A stretch of DNA of 58,639 nt from Octopus bimaculoides (taxonomy: Eukaryota): the NCBI RefSeq assembly GCF_001194135.2, contig NC_068992.1:22095662-22154300 (forward strand), in the 5' to 3' direction. A program made the translations under genes and the position numbers. Each line of letters opens with the position of its first letter. Position 1 is the first letter of the stretch. A model generated the notes under the pieces. It was not told the origin of the DNA, ran no database searches, and saw only the letters and a program-made list of their open reading frames with translations. This document shows, piece by piece, positions 37,179-47,875 of the stretch.

Positions 37179-37229
37179 GCATTCTGAAGAGATTTGCTTA
37201 AACCAGTAAATTGAAACGATCGTAAATGC
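37179..37229 (+). ncRNA. Minimal type-I hammerhead ribozyme, apparently intact
   Basis: Stem I GCATT/AATGC; core CTGAAGA; stem II GATTTGCT/AGTAAATT; GAA; palindrome ACGATCGT; GUA cleavage triplet with the cut predicted after 37224. Confidence 0.75.
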
Positions 37230-37682
37230 TTCTATCTTCTTTGTTATCTATTTAATTAAAGACATACCAGCGAAAACCACGAGTTTCCTATTGTTGTTAT
37301 ATCTATTTTCTTATCCTATATAGCCTAAACCTCGGTTTACCAACCGAACCACCTGCTACCGTACAATATTACAAAATTCTATACCTNNNNNNNNNNNNNN
37401 NNNNNNNNNNNNNNNNNNNNNNNNNNNNNNNNNNNNNNNNNNNNNNNNNNNNNNNNNNNNNNNNNNNNNNNNNNNNNNNNNNNNNNNNNNNNNNNNNNNN
37501 NNNNNNNNNNNNNNNNNNNNNNNNNNNNNNNNNNNNNNNNNNNNNNNNNNNNNNNNNNNNNNNNNNNNNNNNNNNNNNNNNNNNNNNNNNNNNNNNNNNN
37601 NNNNNNNNNNNNNNNNNNNNNNNNNNNNNNNNNNNNNNNNNNNNNNNNNNNNNNNNNNNNNNNNNNNNNNNNNNNNNNNNNN

Positions 37683-38600
37683 CTCGTTTTAACAGATATC
37701 TTTACAAGAAGTACATAAAAATACCTTAAAATACTTAAAGAGTAAATTTATTCAATAAAATCGCCATTGGCTTCAACCACGGCCTCTAAACGACTTTGGA
37801 ACCTCCTGCAACTCTTCTAGACGAACTCCTTGTTTAGGTTGGTGAATGCTGCCATAATCATTGTCTTTAGTTCATCTTTGGTGTTACAAGGAGTTTTGTT
37901 GGTCTGTCATTCAACTGCGCCCCACACATAATAATGAAGGGGTTGCAGTCTGGGGAGTTAGATGTTAAGGGTGATGTGGTCGCAGAAATTGTCTGAGAGC
38001 CATGACTGGGTTCTCCTGCCTGTATGGCATGGTACAGAGTCCTGTTGCCAGACTTAGGGCCTTCGAGCAGCCGCCCACTTGACCCAGGGCAGCACTATAT
38101 CCTCCAAGCACTTGATGTAGGCTTCCGTGTTGAGTGTGAGGCCGTGTGGGAAAATGAATGGAAGCATAATGTTACCGTCACTAGTGATCACTTCAAATAC
38201 CATGATGTTGACTGGATGTTTGATTTTTATCTCTCTAAGTACATGTTTTGGGGTGTTCATCACCTGATCCTGGCAAAAATTTTTGTCGTCTGAGAAAAAC
38301 CATAGCTTGTTCGGTTGGAGGGGATGCTTGAGTTTGTTCAAAAGCTTCGTAGAGCTATCTTTCCTCTTGTTCTTGATGGCTTGGGATAAAAATTGGCCCT
38401 TTCTCATCTTGTATGAAAAATACTGAATGTCTTCATGCACTACCTGTTTGATAAGAAACTCAGGCACTCCCATGTCCCTAGTGATGGATCTGATTGACTT
38501 AGAGGGATCATTGTTAATCATGGCCTGGATCTCAGGAGTTCTTTTCTTATCAGAACGATCAGTGAGTTTTCCGAGGTGTCGTACCTTCGTAATCACCATT
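37683..38600 (-). mobile_element. Decayed Tc1/mariner transposase, DD37D (maT)-like
   Basis: ORF 38054-38599 (HTH, WFFSDDKNF, KHPVNIMVF) continues by hand translation into WQQDSVPCH...NSPDCNPLHYYVWGAVE...VEANGDFIE* at 37748; spacing fits 37 residues if a deleted WPP is restored. Confidence 0.85.
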
Positions 38601-39055
38601 ATACTAATCTAACTCTTTCCGAATCCTCTGCAACTATATATATATATATGTAGTTGAAATTTATTGAGAAAGAAAAGACGACGAAGACAGGTGTATGAAC
38701 AACAAGCAAATGATTTAGTTTGACGTTCGGAAAAAATTAAAAAGTCNNNNNNNNNNNNNNNNNNNNNNNNNNNNNNNNNNNNNNNNNNNNNNNNNNNNNN
38801 NNNNNNNNNNNNNNNNNNNNNNNNNNNNNNNNNNNNNNNNNNNNNNNNNNNNNNNNNNNNNNNNNNNNNNNNNNNNNNNNNNNNNNNNNNNNNNNNNNNN
38901 NNNNNNNNNNNNNNNNNNNNNNNNNNNNNNNNNNNNNNNNNNNNNNNNNNNNNNNNNNNNNNNNNNNNNNNNNNNNNNNNNNNNNNNNNNNNNNNNNNNN
39001 NNNNNNNNNNNNNNNNNNNNNNNNNNNNNNNNNNNNNNNNNNNNNNNNNNNNNNN

Positions 39056-39096
<41 letters not shown>

Positions 39097-39109
39097 ACAC
39101 ATAGGAATA

Positions 39110-39600
39110 GAGGCCTGGATACCTCATCGTAGGCACATCAGTCAGATGAATAACTTTCATATGAAATGTTTTTGGCAAATTTGCAAGGTTGAGTTGGATG
39201 ATAGAGTGAAGAATAGCACTATCCTGGAAATGTGTGGAATATCCAGGATAGAGGCTTTCTTGATCGTGTCTCAGATGCGATGATATGGACACATCCTTCG
39301 CATGAATAGCGGTAGAACGCCTAAACATGTTTTTTATGGTCAGCTTGTAAATTCACGACGTAATGTACGCTCGCCACTTCTACGGTATCAGGACAAATTA
39401 AAAATTAATTTGAAACCCCTTAGTATTAGTAAAGGAAACTTTGAGAATCTTGCGAAAAACTATGGAAATTGGAGGAGAGAGAGTGCTTTATCCAGCTTAA
39501 AAGTTTCGAAATCCAAAAGATACAACATCAACAGTAGCTACGTGAAACTGGAAAAGAAACCAACCGAACAACAGTCTTCCCGCAAATCATCATTGTCCCC
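39110..39600 (+). mobile_element. RTE/BovB-like LINE C-terminal fragment
   Basis: DRVKNSTILEMCGI...GHILRMNSGRTPKHVFYGQL...LRYQDKLKINLK, a typical post-RT RTE region. Confidence 0.8.
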
Positions 39601-39880
39601 ACAGTGATTTCTTAGGTAGGGCACGTGATGGTTTAATAAATCATTCTCATGCTCATATCTATATTGCTTTTGGTGACCTGAGGACTCAGATAAGGAGTCG
39701 CCAGGTGAAGTGAATGAATTGTAAAGACTGGGGAATAGTAGTATCAAAAGTAAAATGTGTATGTTGCTGACTGCTTATTTGGTTGGATATTATTTTCTGT
39801 TTTCTCGCTGAACATCCATACGTCGTCTTCGACGGGTGAGTCCCTCATATCGCTCTATCTCTCTCTCTTTGTATATACAT

Positions 39881-39912
<32 letters not shown>

Positions 39913-41170
39913 TCATATAATGATATCTCCACAATGTATTTGTGAGATAAAACATGTAATCGTTACCAAAATAGCAAAAAATTCGTCCACAAAGGTCTAT
40001 AGTAGACTCCTTATGGATCGATCTCCTTGGTTATATATCAAAAATTTAAATAACAGTTTTGACGCTAATATCCATTTGTATTAAAGTTTATTACTTTGAC
40101 CTTATACAGAAATGTTGACATAGGTAATAAACTTTAATGTANNNNNNNNNNNNNNNNNNNNNNNNNNNNNNNNNNNNNNNNNNNNNNNNNNNNNNNNNNN
40201 NNNNNNNNNNNNNNNNNNNNNNNNNNNNNNNNNNNNNNNNNNNNNNNNNNNNNNNNNNNNNNNNNNNNNNNNNNNNNNNNNNNNNNNNNNNNNNNNNNNN
40301 NNNNNNNNNNNNNNNNNNNNNNNNNNNNNNNNNNNNNNNNNNNNNNNNNNNNNNNNNNNNNNNNNNNNNNNNNNNNNNNNNNNNNNNNNNNNNNNNNNNN
40401 NNNNNNNNNNNNNNNNNNNNNNNNNNNNNNNNNNNNNNNNNNNNNNNNNNNNNNNNNNNNNNNNNNNNNNNNNNNNNNNNNNNNNNNNNNNNNNNNNNNN
40501 NNNNNNNNNNNNNNNNNNNNNNNNNNNNNNNNNNNNNNNNNNNNNNNNNNNNNNNNNNNNNNNNNNNNNNNTATATATATATATATATGGAGAGAGAGAG
40601 AAAGAGTGAGTGATTCTACTTTTAACTCAATTTATGCATTATTTAAAAGAAATATATTGTTCCACTTTTGAAAATAAAAACGAAGACCATGATGTTTTAT
40701 TTGAATTATCGATAAAAAGTTCCATCGCAGTTAAATGTTTCATTACTTGCTGGACACCGTAAAAACTAATGGCTGAATTGTAGCACCGTTTTTAGTATTT
40801 TTTCAAGATAATTGACTCCAAAATTCTGTGTATTTGATCTTCAAGACAGACTATTTGTCGCTCTGTGCTTGCTATTGTTTCGACAGCTGCCGCTCTGCTA
40901 CTCAAATGGGCAAAGTTCTTTAACTTGATTAAATATTCATTACTGTAACTTGTCGACTTCGTTTCTTAGCAACATAAAATTTGATATCAGATGTAAGATG
41001 TGTCTAAAATACGATACCAGATGTAAGATGTGTTCTTGCTTTCGTTGTTACCTGGGGAAGCTTGGGTCTCTGATGGGTAGGAAATCGTTGTTAGAAGCAA
41101 TTGTTAAACCTTAATCGCCTATTTGTTGAGCGTAGGGAATATAAATGATATCACAGCTAGGGATTGTTTT

Positions 41171-41748
41171 TATTGGGTCATCCCATAAATAATGCGTTTT
41201 TTTATACTTCACTTATTTTTCAAAATTAAGATAAACAAAGTTCTTTTTTAATCTAAAATGCACACTCCTTCATCTTCTACAATGCTCTTCTATCTATCTG
41301 GTAGACTTGCAAGGTCCCTCTTCCAAAATTCCCTTGTCCATGACGAAAAATCTCCTCCAGTACTGTTCTGACCGTGTCTACAGAATTCATATTTTTTCAA
41401 TCCAAATGATTTTGGAAACTGCGGAATAAATGATAATCAAATGGGCAATGTCCGGCGAATATGGTGGGTGGGACATTGTTTACCATTAAAACTGCTTCAG
41501 CCTTTGGAATATCGTCTTCACTGTATGTGGCCGAGCATAATCCTGATGGAAGAACACCTTTCGTCTTGAAACCAAAGATGGTCGATTTCTTCTAGCGCAG
41601 GTGTCAATGAGTGGTTGAATAACCAAATCCAAGCTTCTCTGCTAGTTTCTTAACAGTTACAACCCTCACCAGGGTTTGCAGGACGTCCTCCTCGAGCTCT
41701 ATAGATCTTCCAGGACGAGGCTCATCTTCTGGGCTGTAGTTTCCGGCT
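41171..41748 (-). mobile_element. Internally deleted DD34D mariner relic with terminal inverted repeat
   Basis: EDEPRPGRSIEL...KLAEKLGFGYST (HTH), then FHQDYARPH...HPPYSPDIA.DYHLFRSFQN; TA followed by a TTGGGTCATCCCATAAATAATGCG TIR-like end at 41171. Confidence 0.85.
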
Positions 41749-42432
41749 NNNNNNNNNNNNNNNNNNNNNNNNNNNNNNNNNNNNNNNNNNNNNNNNNNNN
41801 NNNNNNNNNNNNNNNNNNNNNNNNNNNNNNNNNNNNNNNNNNNNNNNNNNNNNNNNNNNNNNNNNNNNNNNNNNNNNNNNNNNNNNNNNNNNNNNNNNNN
41901 NNNNNNNNNNNNNNNNNNNNNNNNNNNNNNNNNNNNNNNNNNNNNNNNNNNNNNNNNNNNNNNNNNNNNNNNNNNNNNNNNNNNNNNNNNNNNNNNNNNN
42001 NNNNNNNNNNNNNNNNNNNNNNNNNNNNNNNNNNNNNNNNNNNNNNNNNNNNNNNNNNNNNNNNNNNNNNNNNNNNNNNNNNNNNNNNNNNNNNNNNNNN
42101 NNNNNNNNNNNNNNNNNNNNNNNNNNNNNNNNNNNNNNNNNNNNNNNNNNNNNNNNNNNNNNNNNNNNNNNNNNNNNNNNNNNNNNNNNNNNNNNNNNNN
42201 NNATATATAAACGCTAATATCAGTATTCTCATCTCTAATGGAGACCTGTATCAACACTTCCACAAAGCATACTTGAACAATTGTGAAGATCACTTCTAAT
42301 GAAACCATTGGCTGCCTTGTTAACTCACAAAGTATACACACACACACACATACACACACACACACACAGACACATACACACACATACATACACACATACA
42401 TACATACATACATGCATGCATACATACATACA

Positions 42433-42464
<32 letters not shown>

Positions 42465-44180
42465 CACTACTGAGAAGAAAAACCAAGCTTTTATCTTTTA
42501 TTAGGCCGATCCAGATCTGAACTAATAATGTTGTTATACAGAAAGTTTATGTTACACCTACTATGAGCATTCTGAGAAAGTTTTATAAAAATATGGTTGT
42601 AAATATTGCTTGAGAGGACGGTGCCCCAATAACATTTCAAAGGGAAAGTATACAACTTCCATGCAGACACTCAAATTTATAATCATATTGGTAATTTATA
42701 GTTTGTTCACGAATTTACATGCTGGTGTTTCTTTTGCTTGATAAGAAAGCTTCTAATTTTTATGTTTTTGTAGTATATCAAGTATATTATTACTGTTAAT
42801 TTATGGTTTAGTGTGGCGTATTTTATGTTCTGTTTTATGAGACATTGATAACGTGATTTAGTATTTCGATTGTCAATGTGTAAATCGTAAACTATATTAT
42901 TCCAAAACTCACATTGGCCAAACCAATACAACACTTTCTAGTAGATTTCCAGTGCACTTACAACAAGGAGAAACTGCTTCACACTACAACACGGAACACA
43001 AAACAAAGCTAGATTGGAAAATAGTATATATTTTTTATCGTTTATCTTCTACTAGGTTTAGTCACTGAACTGCGGCCATGCTGGGGCACCGCTTTGAAGG
43101 GTTTAGTCTAATAAATCACCACCCTCGTACTTATTTTCTTATGTCTGGTGCTTATCCTATCGTTCTCTTTTACCGAAACCGCGAAATTACGAAGCGAATT
43201 ACGTAAGCAAAATCAAGAGGTGCGGGGAACAAACACAGGCGCGCATACACACGCATGCACACACACGACGAGTTTCTTTCAGTTTCCGTCAGCCAAATTC
43301 CCTCACAAGACATTGGTTGGTCCATGGCTGTGTAGAAGATGCTTGCCCAAGGTGTCGCAAAACGGGAACTGAACCTGAAAGTAAATTGTTGATTAACGAA
43401 CTTCTTAACCAGAAAGCAACGCCCGGAAAGAAAATTAGATAGAATAGAAAAAAAAAAAAAAAAAAAANNNNNNNNNNNNNNNNNNNNNNNNNNNNNNNNN
43501 NNNNNNNNNNNNNNNNNNNNNNNNNNNNNNNNNNNNNNNNNNNNNNNNNNNNNNNNNNNNNNNNNNNNNNNNNNNNNNNNNNNNNNNNNNNNNNNNNNNN
43601 NNNNNNNNNNNNNNNNNNNNNNNNNNNNNNNNNNNNNNNNNNNNNNNNNNNNNNNNNNNNNNNNNNNNNNNNNNNNNNNNNNNNNNNNNNNNNNNNNNNN
43701 NNNNNNNNNNNNNNNNNNNNNNNNNNNNNNNNNNNNNNNNNNNNNNNNNNNNNNNNNNNNNNNNNNNNNNNNNNNNNNNNNNNNNNNNNNNNNNNNNNNG
43801 AAACCGCGAAATTACGAAGCGAATTACGTAAGCAAAATCAAGAGGTGCGGGGAACAAACACAGGCGCGCATACACACGCATGCACACACACGACGAGTTT
43901 CTTTCAGTTTCCGTCTACCAAATCCACTCACAAGGCTTTGGTCGGTCCGAGGCTATAGTAGAAGACACTTGCTCAAGGTGCCACGCAGTGGGACTGAACC
44001 CGGAACCATGTGGTTGGTAAGCAAGCTACTTACTACACAGCCACTCCTGCGCCTGTATAGTGACAATTTTTAACAGCTTTGATTAAAACAACCTAATAAA
44101 CGAACAAAAAAACAGCCGTGGATAGATAACCTTTAATTAAGCTCCAGAAAATGTATTTCTTCATTAAAATGGTGAAAGAT

Positions 44181-44478
44181 AAAGTAGGGCGTAGAAGAAG
44201 TTAAACGAGAAGCAGAAAGTGACATCAAATTTGTGTAAATAAAAGCGAGGAAGTTTATTATGTGATGTCTGGAATTAAGACATTTGTAGGGAATGATTAT
44301 ATGAAATGATATAACAATACGTTAATGGTTTTTATGAGTACTGAGCAAAGCAAGGATTGGCTGGTAAAAATTTCAGTGAGATATAAAACCAGATGGGGTA
44401 AAAAAGAAAGCACATTGAATAAAATGTGTTGGAAGTTTGAATATTAGATGCGTAAATGCATCATTGCCTGAAGGACAG
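44181..44478 (+). repeat. About 300-bp diverged direct repeat, second copy at 48424-48718
   Basis: Shared tgacatcaaatttgtgtaaat...gggaatgattatatgaaa...gatataaaaccagatggg...gttggaagtttga. Confidence 0.85.
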
Positions 44479-45427
44479 TTTTAATTTGAAAACAAAAAAA
44501 TACCTATCAAAAGCAGATGTCGTTTGTTTGTATGGCATCTTACAAAGTGAAGGCGTGTGAACCAGCGGTTAAGGCGTTGCACTTATGATCGTAAGGTCGT
44601 GGTCTCGATTCCTCGACTTGGTGGTGTGTTGTGCTCGTGAGAAAAAACAGTTCATTTTATGTTGCTCTGCGATCACTTCGACAGCTGATGTTTGGCCCAC
44701 TGTGCACCTGTATAGGTAATATATATTTTTAATGGAGGGAGTAAATGCACAGCACAGGTAATGGATCATTATAAACAAATCAATTCATGTATGCAGGTTA
44801 TTCAACAAGAAATTGCAGGACACTCATCTGCGGCGAACGACAAAAGAGTCCACCATTACTATTAATACATACACACTCACATTAAGAAAACATCAAGAGA
44901 AAGCGAGAAAACGCTTGTGAATGCATGGGCAACACTGGTTTTCTATAAAAAATATCGTTGTTGTCCAGGCCTGTGTTATGGAGAGGAACTTATCAAGTGT
45001 TAATCGGTTGTCTTTTGAGATACAGGTACAACATTGATTTTCTGGAACTTATGGTTCCAAAGCCTTTCCAGATTACTGATTTATTCTGAACCAGGGGTGG
45101 TGGTCGCCTTGGTCAACATACTCTAAATTAAAGAAATATTAAATTTACTTAAATTACACAGTGTTACACGATTTTTGTCCTTGGGTAGCAAACTGTTATT
45201 TCCTATTTGCTTATCCCTAGAAAGTATGAAAATAAATGGCCAATATTTCCTTCAAACTTTGCCTTTGTTATATTTATTCAAACCCCAAAGAATCCCTCTC
45301 AACGCATGGCTATGATGCTCCTCAACTACTTCTGCTCCTGATCAGAGATGCACATATTATCAGTCACTAAGGACACGCTGAAGTGGTTAAAGTCAAGTAA
45401 CTGAAAAACAAATCTGTGGTACTGAGC

Positions 45428-46086
45428 AGAATATTTGCTTTAACGATATTTCTGCTTCTGCAATTCAGCGCTGAATCTGTCGGAGATGTAATGGAAAATA
45501 GGTCACTTTCGAAACGTTGATGTCCAGGTTACAAAATCAAAGTTTGAAGGGCATATTAGTCATTTCCGTTGTTTTCTAGATAAAAGCACATAGGAAATAA
45601 CACTTACTAACCAACCACACAAAAAAAAAAAATGATAATTTTGAGACATAATGTTATAGATTCTTAGCTGACGGTTAGTAGTTATCAAAAGAGGTAGATC
45701 AGTTCGTTAGCTCATATAAATAAAGCCAATATAGAAGATAAAGTTTAGCGTTTGAGACGATTGGAAGAAGGAAAAAAACTATTTCTACTTTTGGTATTAT
45801 GAGGCATCAATATATCGCACAGTATTTTATGACAACAGGTTGTAAAAGTGTTGAGTTGAACACAATTGATATGAAAGAGAAGATTAAGAAGAATATTTGC
45901 TATAACGATATTTCTGCTTCAGCAATTCAGTGCGGAAGCTGTCTCAAATGTAATGGGAAATAAGTCAGTCTCAAAACATTGATGTCCATGTCACAAAGGC
46001 AAAGTTTGAAGGAGATAATCGTCATTTCGTTTGATTTCTAGATAGAAACAAAAAGGAAATAACACTTACTAACAAAAGACACACAC
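45428..46086 (+). repeat. About 195-bp diverged direct repeat (45428-45620 / 45890-46086)
   Basis: Shared agaatatttgct..taacgatatttctgcttc.gcaattcag...ggaaataacacttactaac. Confidence 0.85.
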
Positions 46087-46157
46087 AAAAAAAAAAAAAA
46101 TACAGTGTAATTAAATGAAATACAGGTACCTGTACATTAGTGTAAATAATACAAGTA

Positions 46158-46256
46158 TGCAAGGTACTAGTTTGTGCAAGGTACTAGTTTGTGCAAGGTA
46201 CTAGTTTGTGCAAGGTACTAGTTTGTGCAAGGTACTAGTTTGTGCAAGGTGCCAGT
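46158..46256. repeat. 17-bp tandem repeat (tgcaaggtactagtttg) x5 plus a partial unit
   Basis: Perfect units read directly from the sequence. Confidence 0.95.
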
Positions 46257-46480
46257 AAACTAGTCTGCAAGACACAGAAATCTGAAGTTCCTGTTCGTAA
46301 ACTAATGCGGATTATAAGAAGTTCCAGACCATCATTATCCGGAAAGTTGGTGTTGTACCTGTACATAAAAGTTTAGGATAATCCATAATCTGTTGATTTG
46401 CATAGTTGTTTCTTTATTTTGATGGATGAGATTTAGTACGGTATTTTGAACTCTCAAGGGTTTCAAATCCTGCCGTGCCC

Positions 46481-47875
46481 ATATTATTATTTCGTCCTTC
46501 TTCTCCTCCCTTTCTTCATAATCATTATCATCATCATCATTTTCTTCTTCTTTGTCGTTTCCTCCCTCCTCCTCCCTCTCTTTCCTTCTATCTTGTCTCT
46601 CTCTCTCACTCTCTTTCCTTCTGTCTGTCTGTCTGTCTGTCTGTCCGCCCGTCCTTCATTTTGTTTGTCCTTCTTTCGTACTTCCTCGCTTCTCTTTTTA
46701 TCACAATCCTTCCATCTCTCTCTACACTTCCCTCCCACCTCTCTTTCCACGCGTTCTTCATCTGTCTTACAATGACTGACGCTATAAACGATCGAATAAA
46801 AGACTTTAGCCTTTCCCCAACTCCCAACTCCCCTCGTCACCACCTACACCACCACCATCCCCTATCCTCACCGTCCTCACCGCAGGGGCAGAAGGAAGAG
46901 AGGAAGAAGATAATGCAAGGCGAAGAGGTTGTACGCAGCTGATTTAGCTTGGGTGATGGATTTAGTCTGTTACCTGCTTTAACACCACCACCTGATCTTT
47001 GGATGACTTTAGTAGAGTCCGTGAAGGCGCGTGGCTTAGTGGTTAGGGTGTTCGGATCACGGTCGTGAGTTCGATTCCCGGCGACGCATTGTGCCCTTCA
47101 GCAACACTCTTTATTTCACGTTGCTCCCGTCCTATCAGCGGGTAAAGATGAGCTGTATCTGTAATTCAAAGTGCCACCTTTGTCACATTCTGTGTCAGGC
47201 TGAATCTCTCCGAGAACTACGTTAAGGGTACGCGTGTCTGTGGAGTGCTCAGTTATACGGATCAGCACGTTAATTTCACGAGCAGGCTCTTCCATTGTTT
47301 GGATCAACAGGGACCCTCATCGTCGAAACCAATGGAGTGCCAGTCAGTAGAGTCCACTCCGGTATAAGCATTCCGGTCACGTATCTGCTTCAGGATGCCT
47401 TTCTCCTTTTCTCCTTCCCACCAGTATCAGAGATCCTATGAAGAATTATGGCATTGCCTTTTCCCCACTCCCACACTAAGCGAAGAAAAGACTATTTCTT
47501 CTCTTTTCCAGTTTCTGTAGTTCGTATTGTAACAGGATAAAGAGAAATAGAAATCAGCTGTATACAACCTCTTTGCATTACCTTCTTCCTCTCTTCCTTC
47601 TGCCACTGCAGGGAGGACGGTGGGACAGAGGGTGGTGGTGGTGGTGTAGGCGATGAAGAGGCGCGTTGGGAGTTGGGGGAAAGGCTAAAGTCTTTTATTC
47701 GATCGTTTATGGCGTCAATCATTGTAAGACAGATGAAGAACGTGTGGAGAGGCTGGAGGTAAGTGTAGAGAGAGATAGGAGGTAAGTGTAGAGAGAGAAG
47801 AGACGAAGAAGAAAATGATGATTATGATGATTATGGTAGAACTCAGGAAGAAAGAGAAGGACGAAATAGTAATAC
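46481..47875. repeat. Long diverged inverted repeat (46481-46945 / 47551-47875) around a SINE D-containing spacer
   Basis: acgcgttcttcatctgtcttacaatgactgacgctataaacgatcgaataaaagactttagcc and flanks recur reverse-complemented. Confidence 0.85.
47022..47345 (+). mobile_element. tRNA-derived SINE family 'D' (copies at 14369-14684 +, 44545-44700 +, partial 1900-2080 + and 56750-56830 -)
   Basis: Same head as family E but a different 3' body (gagaactacgttaagggtac...gacggagtgcca). Confidence 0.85.

Noticed and set aside
43175-44055. Duplication of about 120 bp across the 43468-43799 gap
   Set aside because: Identical sequence on both sides of a gap within a high-copy SINE; most likely a scaffolding or repeat-resolution artefact.
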